A stretch of 64,000 nucleotides of DNA from a virus. The translations under genes were made by a program, and so were the position numbers. Location: the IMG/VR virus record IMGVR_UViG_3300010885_027635, positions 1 through 64,000 of that record. One strand, 5' to 3'. Numbering within the stretch: position 1 is the first letter of the stretch; each line of letters starts with the position of its first letter. The notes beneath the pieces were generated by a model, which saw nothing but the letters and a program-made list of their open reading frames with translations, ran no database searches and was not told the origin of the DNA. Below are positions 16,226-26,481 of the stretch, one piece after another.

Positions 16226-17984
16226 CCAACCAGGCCCAGTCGTAGCTCTTTCGTAGCTCGGCAAAATCTCCACCAACTGCATCATAATACTCTACAGCAT
16301 CTTCTGCTCCGTAGATACTATATTCGCCATTCTTTAATGCACCGTGATTCTTTAACCATTTATCTAGACGATACTGACTCTCGATATCTGTGTTGCCTTT
16401 GAGCTTTAAGCATTCTCGGAAAGCTGTACGCCATGCCATCCAAGGACTGTGTGCATATTCTGCTGTGCCAGATAAGATAGGAACTACTTCGTGTGCCGAG
16501 TCTAAGGTAAAGTCCAGACCTACACCGGTATTGCCCAACACCAACTTCTTGTTGTAGGCAATCATGGCCTGGTGACCATATTCTAATCCATTAATAGTAT
16601 TCTTTGCATGGAATATGTAGTGTTTAGGTTCTTGCAAGCGATCAGGTTGCCACGACCAATCAAAAGTGCCATTAACTTTAAGTTTAGCAAACACAGCAAA
16701 GAACCAAGGTGTAATGCTTAGTTTAGCAGCAGCTTGATATGCAACCACACGTCCGTTAACTCCACTACTGCGATGTATGCGATTATTATTATTTGCAGTT
16801 GTTATATTTAAAAATGCCCAATTTTGTTCTGCGTTGGGTTCACCGTTGTCAATAAACACAATATCCAATGGTTCATCCATGTACATGTGACGCTGTGTAC
16901 GATCTATGTAAGGATAATCGTATGCTTGTGTCTTTATATAAGGAATGGCTGTCTTGGGCACAATGACTGCACTGGCACCAGGACTAAGCGGCACAATGGT
17001 CTTGGTCTTTTCACGCCACAATGGAACTGTGGGTGTTTCTATAGCAGTTCCGTCTGTGCTGAACACTGCCAATGGACCAGACCAATCTTGAGTCTTAATA
17101 GCTTCTACGTGTGTATCTAGCGTATGCTCAACAACCGGCATAGGCCTACGTTTGACTCCAGGTCCTACAAAGTTTACATCATACCAATCAAGTAATTCAA
17201 ACTGAGTTATACGCTTCTTAAAACTAGGCACATGCATATAGAATGTGTCGCCAAACTTTTCTCCGCCTGATGCAAATACGTGTAGCATGGTACTCTGCCA
17301 ATGCTCTGGATGCCAACTAAAATCAAACGTGTCATAGTCGCATATACTACTTACAATCCACACATATTCTGCTTCCACTGTGTTGGCAATTCTAGTTAGC
17401 ACGTCTTTGTAGTTGTCAAAATAACGCACAGTCTTAACAGTGCCGGGCACTTGACCAGCATTGCCATCCATATGGTCTATTTCAATCACAGGTGTGACTC
17501 CGGTTTTTGCTGTGCCGCGTATTTGATCTACAAACTTTAGATCTGTACTGCCGTTATAGTACTGCGGACCGCCGGTGCGTTGATGTTGTGTGCCAAACTG
17601 ATAGGTATAAGGTGGATCGGTAGGATCCGGGTGCCAGCTAAAGTCAAAACTAGCAGGGTCAAATGCGTCAGGCACAGTCCAATTATCAACGCTGGCCAAA
17701 CAAGTTACCGCAGGATCTAGGTGATAGTTGGTTTCTGCGTAGCCTGCTTTGGGCACTAGATATGTTCCAGAGTCTTTTTGCCATTGACTAGCCCAAGCGT
17801 GTCTTTGATGGCTTTGCCAAGGGCTAGGCTCCCATAAAAAATCAAAGTCTGCGTAATCAGTTAAATAGTTTACCCACCAGAAGTATCTAGTACGCGACAA
17901 CTCTCTTGCATGTTCAATATCCTTTGCTTCCTGCTCATGCGGAAACAAATTGGGTCGTGTGCCAGAATAAAATATATCAAACAT
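16182..17984 (-). CDS. glycosyltransferase-like protein with repeated FDFSWxP modules
   Basis: four F-D-[FW]-x-W-x-P repeats; C-terminal domain similar to 39262..40176 (EPN..GVxG..AAA..AWRxxFRE.xK). Confidence 0.6.
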   Translation of the reverse strand: MFDIFYSGTRPNLFPHEQEAKDIEHARELSRTRYFWWVNYLTDYADFDFLWEPSPWQSHQRHAWASQWQKDSGTYLVPKAGYAETNYHLDPAVTCLASVDNWTVPDAFDPASFDFSWHPDPTDPPYTYQFGTQHQRTGGPQYYNGSTDLKFVDQIRGTAKTGVTPVIEIDHMDGNAGQVPGTVKTVRYFDNYKDVLTRIANTVEAEYVWIVSSICDYDTFDFSWHPEHWQSTMLHVFASGGEKFGDTFYMHVPSFKKRITQFELLDWYDVNFVGPGVKRRPMPVVEHTLDTHVEAIKTQDWSGPLAVFSTDGTAIETPTVPLWREKTKTIVPLSPGASAVIVPKTAIPYIKTQAYDYPYIDRTQRHMYMDEPLDIVFIDNGEPNAEQNWAFLNITTANNNNRIHRSSGVNGRVVAYQAAAKLSITPWFFAVFAKLKVNGTFDWSWQPDRLQEPKHYIFHAKNTINGLEYGHQAMIAYNKKLVLGNTGVGLDFTLDSAHEVVPILSGTAEYAHSPWMAWRTAFRECLKLKGNTDIESQYRLDKWLKNHGALKNGEYSIYGAEDAVEYYDAVGGDFAELRKSYDWAWLASYALIKRNLTPSQ

Positions 17985-19128
17985 GATTAGAATAGACGAA
18001 ATTTACAACAATACATTTTGGCCTTGGTTCAGAAATAATAGACCAGGAACAAGATTGTTTTTTTGTGATCCACCGGGCAATACTAGCCCAGACGCATTAT
18101 TTAACTTGGGCAATGATAACATAGTAGAAAATGATTATGTATTTTGTCACGATCAGGAGCCTGTTCATTTAGATACGTTTGAACCGTTGTTTGATGCAGT
18201 CAAAGTGCGTAACAAGGATATTGGATATAGGAAGGTGTCTAACACTGGCAATATCAGTATTGATTATGTGTACAGCTTTCCAAATCCAGCTGGACATATA
18301 ATAGTAAGTGAACAAGGCGAATATGTTGAAGAACTGTGTCGGCGTTACGGATGGACTGTACATTATTATTTCTATCATGGTTGGGCCTGTCAAGATTGGT
18401 TCCGCGGTTACGATAAAACTTTTTTGATTCCTAGAGCACGTGATCGTGCTCCTACTCGGACCTTCATGAGTCCCAATCGTATTGTGGCCGGCAAGCGTGA
18501 TCATCGTGTGTTGTTCTTGTACAATGTATTCAAAAACGATTTAGAACACAACCATATTAGTGCACCAAGAGTGTGTCAATATGAGGGTGTAGATATCACT
18601 AGTATAGCACAAAAGTATACCAATGTATACCAGGATATAACCACAGTGTTTACTCAGGCCGACTTGCCAAGACTGTTTGCGGGCGAAGATCAACAGGAAA
18701 TGCACAGTTATCAATTGGGCAACTTTACCGAGGCACAAGATAGTTTAGTGTATGTTCCCACTGAAACTGTGTACTTTGGTCGCCGACAACATCTAACCGA
18801 AAAGACATTTAAAGCTATAGCCCTGGAAATGCCGTTTGTATTAGTAGCACCTGCTGGTAGTCTGGCGTATCTACGTGAATACGGATTCCGTACATTCAGC
18901 GGCATTTTTGATGAAAGCTACGATAAAGAAACCGATGACATTCGACGAATAGAGCGGGTTACAAAACTGTTAAAAGAGTTAAATGATCTATCTGTCGCAG
19001 AACGACAAGCATTACATCGTGCATGTTTACCCGTAGTTGAACACAACTTTGAACATTTTTACGGCCAGGGATTTTCTAACATACTGTGGGACGAACTATT
19101 GAACATGCTAAAGGGACTGCATGTTTAA
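17983..19128 (+). CDS. GT10/GT-B-like protein (TEKxFK motif)
   Basis: VPTET...LTEKTFKAIALEMPFVLV...GFRTF...DESYD. Confidence 0.55.
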   Translation: MIRIDEIYNNTFWPWFRNNRPGTRLFFCDPPGNTSPDALFNLGNDNIVENDYVFCHDQEPVHLDTFEPLFDAVKVRNKDIGYRKVSNTGNISIDYVYSFPNPAGHIIVSEQGEYVEELCRRYGWTVHYYFYHGWACQDWFRGYDKTFLIPRARDRAPTRTFMSPNRIVAGKRDHRVLFLYNVFKNDLEHNHISAPRVCQYEGVDITSIAQKYTNVYQDITTVFTQADLPRLFAGEDQQEMHSYQLGNFTEAQDSLVYVPTETVYFGRRQHLTEKTFKAIALEMPFVLVAPAGSLAYLREYGFRTFSGIFDESYDKETDDIRRIERVTKLLKELNDLSVAERQALHRACLPVVEHNFEHFYGQGFSNILWDELLNMLKGLHV

Positions 19129-20317
19129 TTTTGTGTTTGATCGTTGTGTCAACGGAAAACCATATCCTAATCTTGCGCCCATGGTCGACAATCAGACTGG
19201 ACTTGGGGATTCTTATCCCTGGATAGGGCCATTGAGATTGTTGTATTTTGTACAGGATCATGCGTATCCCTACACCATTAATTACATAGATCAATCTATA
19301 CCGGACCATGCCTACTATCCTATTGGACTGGGTTATTTCAGTCACGACATTGATTACTTTTCATTAATGTCTACTCAAGTGATTGATTTGCTACGTACAC
19401 AACAATTAACAGTATTATTTTATTATCACGAAGGTGATGGGCCGCATCATCAAAAACGTAGATTAGATCAACTGTGTATGACTCATCAATTGCCTGCAGA
19501 CTGTTATCAATTTGTCAGCGGCAATACTATGGCTCGGCAGTTGGATGGATTTGTTTACTTTCCAGATCATGAATTGTTTTACTGGCGTAACAGTGTAGTA
19601 AAAGACGGACAGGCAATGCCAGGATGCGATCCGCATCAGCGTACACGTACTCGTCAATTCACAGCACTCAGTAGAATACACAAATGGTGGCGAGCTACTG
19701 CAATGGCTCGGTTACACCAACTTAAACTATTGGACTCTAGCTATTGGAGTTATAACACTATCACCATGAGCGACGACGCCAGTACTGGACCGTTGAGATT
19801 CAACCCTATACAAATTTGGCCATTTAAGAATCTTGAATCAGACATGGAACAATTTGTTGCTGGTGCACCATACAGTTGCGATACACTGAACAGCGACAGT
19901 CATAATCAACACTGGCAGTATGTGCCAGAACATTATGAAAATGCCTACTGTAATCTTGTGTTAGAAACATTCTTTGATGCTGATGCAACCAATTGTACAT
20001 TCATAAGTGAAAAAACATTCAAGCCCATTAGACACGGGCAACCGTTTGTGATATTTGGCACTCCCAATACATTAACTACGCTAAAAGAGCTGGGCTATCG
20101 TACCTTTGATCATGCTGTAGATAACAGTTATGATCAACATTGTGACAATACTGAACGATTTAAACGTGTGGTTGCGGCTGTGGATCAACTTGCCCGTCTG
20201 GATTTGCATGCGTGGTACCAGTCATGCTGGGATGATGTTGTACACAACCAACAGTTATTCTTGGCACCAAAGTATGACCGCTTAAATAGCTTGTACCTCA
20301 ACCTAACATCAAAATGA
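19121..20317 (+). CDS. GT10/GT-B-like protein (SEKTFKP motif)
   Basis: LVLET...ISEKTFKPIRHGQPFVIFG...GYRTF..DNSYD. Confidence 0.55.
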   Translation: MFNFVFDRCVNGKPYPNLAPMVDNQTGLGDSYPWIGPLRLLYFVQDHAYPYTINYIDQSIPDHAYYPIGLGYFSHDIDYFSLMSTQVIDLLRTQQLTVLFYYHEGDGPHHQKRRLDQLCMTHQLPADCYQFVSGNTMARQLDGFVYFPDHELFYWRNSVVKDGQAMPGCDPHQRTRTRQFTALSRIHKWWRATAMARLHQLKLLDSSYWSYNTITMSDDASTGPLRFNPIQIWPFKNLESDMEQFVAGAPYSCDTLNSDSHNQHWQYVPEHYENAYCNLVLETFFDADATNCTFISEKTFKPIRHGQPFVIFGTPNTLTTLKELGYRTFDHAVDNSYDQHCDNTERFKRVVAAVDQLARLDLHAWYQSCWDDVVHNQQLFLAPKYDRLNSLYLNLTSK

Positions 20318-21348
20318 TCAATTCCTATACCAGCTGGCAACCACTTGAAGAAGTTATTGTAGGCAGTGCCTTTCCGCCCGACTACTTTGATTTTATTGAA
20401 GATGCACAAGTGCGTAATCAACTACAACAAATATTATCCGAAACCGAAGAAGATTTAACTAATCTACAACGAACAATCGAGCAGTATGGTGCTCGTGTAT
20501 ATCGACCAAGTCTTCAAGATAAAAATAAGTTTCAAGCACAACAAACCAAAGGTATACCTGTTACGTTGCCGCCGCTGACACCTAGAGATTGGCAAATTAG
20601 TCTGGGGCAAAAATTATTAAGAGTAATGCCAGTACTTGAGCTCAATGACATTTGTGATGAGTTTGCTGATCAAGTAGTAAATCCACACAATATACCCAAT
20701 CCGTATATCCCATGGGATCCAACCTGTATTCTCAATGGTGCCAGTGCCAGTTGTATAGTGCGTGTAGGACGTGATGTATTCTTTGACAACAGTGATTATC
20801 TCAAACCAGAACAAACACGCTGGATTGTAGACAATGTGTTGGGCCCGGACTATCGCATACACGAAGCAGTAACCGACGGGCACGGAGATGCTGTATTTGC
20901 TATTCTCAAGCCAGGTGTTATATTGTCAAGCAAGCATGATGAAAATCTACACTTTGATCGCGACTTTCCTGGCTGGGAAGTACACAAGGTTTGGGACTCT
21001 AGTGTACTGGCAGCAATGGAAGTTGGCAAATTCAAACAAGAAAACTTTAATGGTCGCTGGTATGTAACTGGGCAAACACCTACCGCAGAGTTTGCCGACT
21101 ATGTAGATACCTATCTAAACAAATGGACTGGCTTTGTGAGCGAAACTGTGTTTGACGTCAACTGCTTAGTCCTAGACGAAGAGAATGTTATATTCAGTGC
21201 GTACAACAAACCAGTATTTGATTTTTGTCGTCGTCATAGAATTAATCCTATTATTTCAGAACTAAGACACAGCTATTTCTGGGATGGTGGTATCAGTTGC
21301 TGCACACAAGACTTGTGTCGACGCGGTGGACTGGAAACTTATCTTTAA
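20314..21348 (+). CDS. amidinotransferase (glycine/inosamine amidinotransferase family)
   Basis: NSYTSWQPLEEVIVG, PRD, GHGD, DGGISCCTQDL (catalytic Cys). Confidence 0.85.
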   Translation: MINSYTSWQPLEEVIVGSAFPPDYFDFIEDAQVRNQLQQILSETEEDLTNLQRTIEQYGARVYRPSLQDKNKFQAQQTKGIPVTLPPLTPRDWQISLGQKLLRVMPVLELNDICDEFADQVVNPHNIPNPYIPWDPTCILNGASASCIVRVGRDVFFDNSDYLKPEQTRWIVDNVLGPDYRIHEAVTDGHGDAVFAILKPGVILSSKHDENLHFDRDFPGWEVHKVWDSSVLAAMEVGKFKQENFNGRWYVTGQTPTAEFADYVDTYLNKWTGFVSETVFDVNCLVLDEENVIFSAYNKPVFDFCRRHRINPIISELRHSYFWDGGISCCTQDLCRRGGLETYL

Positions 21349-22820
21349 CTGTGTACCCGAACTCCATACAGTTGTTCAAAGCGATCAGCGTCTGCACGGT
21401 CATTGACCATGGGCTCGCCACGTATGTTAAGACTGGTGTTTAAAAGAAGGGGACATCCTGTTTCTTTGTACCACGCTTCAAGTAATCGTCTAATGCCTGA
21501 GCCATTATCACTAACCGTCTGTACTCGGCTAGTGCCATCGTGATGCACAATAGCAGGAAAAGTGTCAGGGTAGCGGCAATGAGCGACTGACTGCATATAA
21601 GGACTATCACGGAAACCACTGGGCATACTAAAATACTCATCAGCCAACTCTGCCAATACAACTGGTGCAAACGGTCTAAACTTTTGTCTACGTTTGATTT
21701 CATTTACGCGATCCTTTATATCCGTTCCTCTTGGGTCGGCGAGGAGGCTTCTGTTTCCAAGGGCTCTAGGGCCAAACTCGGCTCGACCACTAGCAACACC
21801 GCAGATTCTATCACGGAGTAAACTATCGATGCAGGCATCGACGGGATATTCTCCAGTGATTTCTGTGCCGAGGTATGCATCCTTCCAATTAACCTTTCCT
21901 CCATAAGCGAGGGCGGCAGCACCAAGACTAGAGCCAGCGTCGCCAGGACAAGGCATGATCCAAATGTTTTCAAAAAATTCACCAAGTTTTCTATTAGCAA
22001 GACAGTTCAAAGCAACGCCACCCATGTAGACCAGATTAGAACTCCATCTGAACTCTCTGGCATAACGCATTATATTATATATCAGTTCTTCTGTTAACAC
22101 CTGAGCACTGGCAGCAATATCTTCATTACTGGCTCCAGATAAAAATTCTGGATCTATACCTATGTGTAGATTCTCACTGAGCAAAGGACGTAGGTCTTCA
22201 ACATATCGGGGTTCTCCATACGCAACCATGCCCATGGTGATATATTCTTCATCCATGGGGTGTAGTCCTACTCGTTGAGTAACAGCACTATAAAAAAGTC
22301 CAATTGATTGAGGATATTTTTGACACCATAATCTTTGATACTGTGCATGGCCTTTGGCATCGTAACGAGCGGCGTATATTGATACTGTATCAAACTCGCC
22401 AATGGCATCTATTACAACCACTGTGGCCTTGTTGTATGGGCTGGTTTGAAAACCAGCTGCTGCATGGCTAAGGTGATGATTATAACTTTTAATATGTCGG
22501 GGCAGATGTTGTAACCAAGAACCCAATTGCTGTTTGAGTATTTGTTGAGTAGTTAAACTGCCAAAATCAACACCTTCGCCTGATCTTAAACGACGTAACT
22601 GTTTGATCAATGGCCGTTCATAATATGCTATAGTGTCTATGTTGTATTCGCAAAATTCATTTAACATGCTCAAATGAATGTTGTTATCGTTCTTTTGTTT
22701 GCTGTAGCGTTCTGCATGCCCAGCAAATATGATCTCGCCACGGCTGTCAATTAGGGTAGCAGCGGCATCGTGAAAGCCGGCACTAATACCAAGTATATGT
22801 TTTGCTGGTTCTAATTTCAT
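21345..22820 (-). CDS. carbamoyltransferase (CmcH/NodU/TobZ family)
   Basis: GISAGFHDAA, HHLSHAA, GGVALNC, GDAG, EFGPRALGNRS, RPFAP, LNTSLN. Confidence 0.95.
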   Translation of the reverse strand: MKLEPAKHILGISAGFHDAAATLIDSRGEIIFAGHAERYSKQKNDNNIHLSMLNEFCEYNIDTIAYYERPLIKQLRRLRSGEGVDFGSLTTQQILKQQLGSWLQHLPRHIKSYNHHLSHAAAGFQTSPYNKATVVVIDAIGEFDTVSIYAARYDAKGHAQYQRLWCQKYPQSIGLFYSAVTQRVGLHPMDEEYITMGMVAYGEPRYVEDLRPLLSENLHIGIDPEFLSGASNEDIAASAQVLTEELIYNIMRYAREFRWSSNLVYMGGVALNCLANRKLGEFFENIWIMPCPGDAGSSLGAAALAYGGKVNWKDAYLGTEITGEYPVDACIDSLLRDRICGVASGRAEFGPRALGNRSLLADPRGTDIKDRVNEIKRRQKFRPFAPVVLAELADEYFSMPSGFRDSPYMQSVAHCRYPDTFPAIVHHDGTSRVQTVSDNGSGIRRLLEAWYKETGCPLLLNTSLNIRGEPMVNDRADADRFEQLYGVRVHS

Positions 22821-22918
22821 TTGTAGATAAAAGGATCTCTTTTACGTAGTTCTTTTAATTTTTTTCTATAACGTATTTCTAACTTGATACGATCAATTAA
22901 GTTGCGAATCCATTTCAT
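22817..22918 (-). CDS. 33-aa basic peptide ending DPFIYK (not in ORF track)
   Basis: MKWIRNLIDRIKLEIRYRKKLKELRKRDPFIYK*; ATGA overlaps at both ends. Confidence 0.75.
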   Translation of the reverse strand: MKWIRNLIDRIKLEIRYRKKLKELRKRDPFIYK

Positions 22919-23955
22919 TTTAATTTCCTTATTTGTTGTTGCATATAGTCTGGGTCAGACCATTGATATTCATATGTTGCTCGGGCATCACTGGTGCAGA
23001 TGGCTGTTACATTAAGTCTAGTATTTAATTGACTCCATATATAGCGGTAATCTTCTGTGCCAAAGCTGCGTTTTAAATCCACTTGTCCCACCCGAGGGTG
23101 TCCTATAGTCAGGCTTTTATCTTCGGGGTCAAAGCCGTTAGCTGTTAACCATTCGCGGAATTCTTTTAATTGTTTTATTTGCCACGTAAATGCACCCGGA
23201 TTGTTGGCCCATTCTATGTCAAAATCACCAGCGGCTTCGGTTTGTGCTTTTAAGCTAGTGGTCATTAATTCGCCAATTCGACTGTCGCGGCCTTCATCTT
23301 GAAACACTTCCCAGTGATGCTTGCCCACAGCTTTGTTAACGCCCACATACACTCCGCCCAGGCTACGATTAATAGTGTCTATACCAAACAGCTCATAATC
23401 TTCCGCTTCAAGTGTAAAGCGTGGAGCATTTAACCAGCACATGAGCTGACTGGGTCGTTGCCATTCGGGTGCTGTTAGCTTTTTTCTATGGCTTAATTGC
23501 CAGCTTTCAAACTCGTGACATAATAGATTTAATTGACGTATGTGCCAGCGTGTACTATTATCTGCAGACCAATAATAGTCACTTATATGACCCGATCCGC
23601 CTTGTAAGTCTTCAAAGTAACAATGCAATTGATTAAAATGTTCATGATCAACACCGCCATCTGCCGCTACACTATTAGACAAAGTAAAATGGTCGTCGAT
23701 ATGATAACCCAAGTCAGCACTGTTAATGGCACTAATACTTGAATTAATTTGCTCTAATAGATAAGCACCATTTCTGTCACCGTCGGCAAAACCCAAAAAA
23801 CAGTAATTCTTTTCTAAATGATAATCTTTTGCAATTAATTCATTCAGTGCGGCCAGCCATTTACGACTCAACGTGTTGTCATATACATTGACATACACAG
23901 TTACGTCATCAAGATCTATTTCAACGACATCAAGCAATTGAATTGTACCACTCAT
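22915..23955 (-). CDS. hypothetical protein in radical SAM operon
   Basis: long ORF; likely start MSGTIQ at 23955; no motif recognised. Confidence 0.75.
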   Translation of the reverse strand: MSGTIQLLDVVEIDLDDVTVYVNVYDNTLSRKWLAALNELIAKDYHLEKNYCFLGFADGDRNGAYLLEQINSSISAINSADLGYHIDDHFTLSNSVAADGGVDHEHFNQLHCYFEDLQGGSGHISDYYWSADNSTRWHIRQLNLLCHEFESWQLSHRKKLTAPEWQRPSQLMCWLNAPRFTLEAEDYELFGIDTINRSLGGVYVGVNKAVGKHHWEVFQDEGRDSRIGELMTTSLKAQTEAAGDFDIEWANNPGAFTWQIKQLKEFREWLTANGFDPEDKSLTIGHPRVGQVDLKRSFGTEDYRYIWSQLNTRLNVTAICTSDARATYEYQWSDPDYMQQQIRKLK

Positions 23956-25219
23956 ATATTTCTGGGTCCTGTTGTAATATATCCGCCAGAGTGTATGTAT
24001 CTCCACGAATTGATTCTAATTGTAACATGCGACGCTTGCCTTTTGCAAGTGCTTGTTGATATGAATCGGGCCATTGTTCTGCAAAGGTTGGTCTGGATTT
24101 TAACTGTAACAATACTTCTTTTAAAGCACCTGCTGGTAATGTGGTTACCAACCGATCCACAGTCTGGTCCAGTAACTGTCTGGGTAATGCCAGAGGACTT
24201 AAGATAATATCTGGGCTAAAACCAAATACCACTTTGGCCAAGATATCTACTCCAAATTCGTCTGCGAGTTGTTGGATGTTTTGGACTTCAAATAAACCCG
24301 GAAGGGTGAGGGTAAAATCGATCCGCATTTGTCGCCGGTGGCGGGATATGTACAGTCCCATGGCAAAATTATCTCGCCATCGAGCATAATCCAGTCCTGT
24401 TCTGATGTATTCTCCTGTGCGTCCTGTACCGTCCAGGCTTGCGCAGATTTGCCAGTCTCGCACATGAGCAAGTATGTCACGATAAAGGTTAACACCGCGA
24501 TAATCCACACGGCTAAGATTAGTATTATATCTAGCATAAACACGTGGTCCGTCTCCTAATTCAATTATACGTTGCATATAACGCCAGTGTTGTTCGTACA
24601 TTAAGGGTTCACCTCCTACCCAATATACTTCTTCAACACGGTGTTGTTCTACTGCCAGGGAGAATTCTGCTTCAACTTGTGTGTCTTGAAAACGAGATAT
24701 TTCCGCTCTGACTTCGGGCTTCATCCAGTTGTTTTTGGTGTTTGACCAATCAATCATTTCATGCTGGCGTTGTTCGCTTTCCCAAGCACTTGACAACATA
24801 TCGCCGCATGTACGACATTTAAAGTTACATAGATTGCTAAAGCGATAATCCCAGCTGACCGGCTTTACAGTGGTAGTGCCGTCGGCTTGTGTAGCGGCCA
24901 TAGCTGACTCATACTTGTGTTCAAACAAACGATTAAAGTAACTGCGATAAACGTCTGTGTTTAATAGCTTACTGTTGCATACATCGCACTCAGGCAAGGT
25001 TTCTCCAGCCATCATACGACGACGCACACTCTTCATATGTTCGCCGTTCCAGTGTTCGTCCAAGGTAACAGGAATATAGCGGCCTGTACCGCTAGCAGTA
25101 TCTATGTACTGTTCAAAGTTTTGAGCAGGTTCACGGCTGGCACAGCACATGCGACGCTCAGTTTGTGGGCTGAGATATGTGTGTGTCCAGGGTGCCATAC
25201 ATAAGGTGTCGGGTTTCAA
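23930..25219 (-). CDS. radical SAM protein, N-terminal twitch-like domain
   Basis: CMAPW..MCC..CDVC; CNFKCRTC; VGGEP. Confidence 0.92.
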   Translation of the reverse strand: MKPDTLCMAPWTHTYLSPQTERRMCCASREPAQNFEQYIDTASGTGRYIPVTLDEHWNGEHMKSVRRRMMAGETLPECDVCNSKLLNTDVYRSYFNRLFEHKYESAMAATQADGTTTVKPVSWDYRFSNLCNFKCRTCGDMLSSAWESEQRQHEMIDWSNTKNNWMKPEVRAEISRFQDTQVEAEFSLAVEQHRVEEVYWVGGEPLMYEQHWRYMQRIIELGDGPRVYARYNTNLSRVDYRGVNLYRDILAHVRDWQICASLDGTGRTGEYIRTGLDYARWRDNFAMGLYISRHRRQMRIDFTLTLPGLFEVQNIQQLADEFGVDILAKVVFGFSPDIILSPLALPRQLLDQTVDRLVTTLPAGALKEVLLQLKSRPTFAEQWPDSYQQALAKGKRRMLQLESIRGDTYTLADILQQDPEIYEWYNSIA

Positions 25220-26481
25220 GAGATTATCCTTTGCCCAACAGATTCAGACACCTGTTTTAAATCGTTGTAGTCAGGGTGGGCAGGATTATAAACATTATTA
25301 CGATCGAATTCATCCTGTGTAGTGGTGCCCCAATTCCACATTTTTTGTAGATTAATATTTGTTACGCCAAGGTCTTGACAGGTCTTTACAAACTCGGGAA
25401 TTTCTTTATAATTATTGGCCTGTACTACAAAATCAGCAGTTAATTGGGTGGCAAAACGTTGCTGATCAATCAATTGTTTTACAAAGCGTACATTATCCAG
25501 TAAGGTGGCCCAATCGCCATTGACTCTCAGCTGACTATAAGTTGTTGCGGTACCGGCATCAAAACTAATTCTAAGCTCTTTGACATGTGGCAAAAATCCA
25601 CTTAAAAATGCCGCATGTTTTTTCAAATAACTGCCATTGGTTTGTATTGTGCTTTGAATATTTGTTTTGCCCGTGGCCACAATATAATTCATCAAGTCCA
25701 TGTAAACTTCTGAAATAAACGGCTCGCCTCCGCACCAGCGTATGTCAACAGGTTGCTGATCAATACGATCAATTATCAAGGTTTTAATTTGATGTGCTAT
25801 GCCATTATTAATTCCACGTATGACATGATCTTTGTTCCAATTAATTACATCAGTTCTACAGCTGGGGCATCGAAAATTACAAGTATAATCAAAATCAAAA
25901 ATAAGATTGCCGGGTATTTGATTGACCAATAATTCTGGAGACGCAGTAAAAGGCATAGGTTTTTGATCAACAGGCAGTGTTGTATAAGACTCTGAATCAA
26001 TTGTTTTGAAAAAATCACATATTTGATTGTTACAGTAATAATACCGACCTGCTAGTATTTCTTGTCGGATCCGTTGTGCCATGGGCGAATTTAATACATC
26101 ATATATGTCAGTGCATTGTAGGATGTTTCCCACAAATTTTGGAATCCAACTAGGACTCAAACAGATATAAACTTGCCCGTTGCTGTTAATGCCCAGGGTA
26201 TTCCAGGGAATTTGACAAGGTGCTGTCTGGGTTAATTGTTTGTCAAAAAATACCTGTTGCTGACGTTGCTGATTACCCTGTGCAATTGAGTCACCTGACA
26301 GGGTAATTGCTTGATAATTCTCAGTTTGCTCACGTACGAATTGGTCCAATTCTTGCTGTATAACCAAGTTGGTTGATCCGACACCAGCTACAAAATCTTC
26401 AAATGTTGGCCAGTCTGGACCGGCTTGAGTTTGATAAATTCTAGGATCGATTATCTGTTTAAGCGTGGTCATGATATTCAA
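25216..26481 (-). CDS. radical SAM protein, twitch-like domain, N-terminal GPDWP extension
   Basis: CQIPW..C..CNNQIC; CNFRCPSC; CGGEP. Confidence 0.9.
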   Translation of the reverse strand: MNIMTTLKQIIDPRIYQTQAGPDWPTFEDFVAGVGSTNLVIQQELDQFVREQTENYQAITLSGDSIAQGNQQRQQQVFFDKQLTQTAPCQIPWNTLGINSNGQVYICLSPSWIPKFVGNILQCTDIYDVLNSPMAQRIRQEILAGRYYYCNNQICDFFKTIDSESYTTLPVDQKPMPFTASPELLVNQIPGNLIFDFDYTCNFRCPSCRTDVINWNKDHVIRGINNGIAHQIKTLIIDRIDQQPVDIRWCGGEPFISEVYMDLMNYIVATGKTNIQSTIQTNGSYLKKHAAFLSGFLPHVKELRISFDAGTATTYSQLRVNGDWATLLDNVRFVKQLIDQQRFATQLTADFVVQANNYKEIPEFVKTCQDLGVTNINLQKMWNWGTTTQDEFDRNNVYNPAHPDYNDLKQVSESVGQRIIS

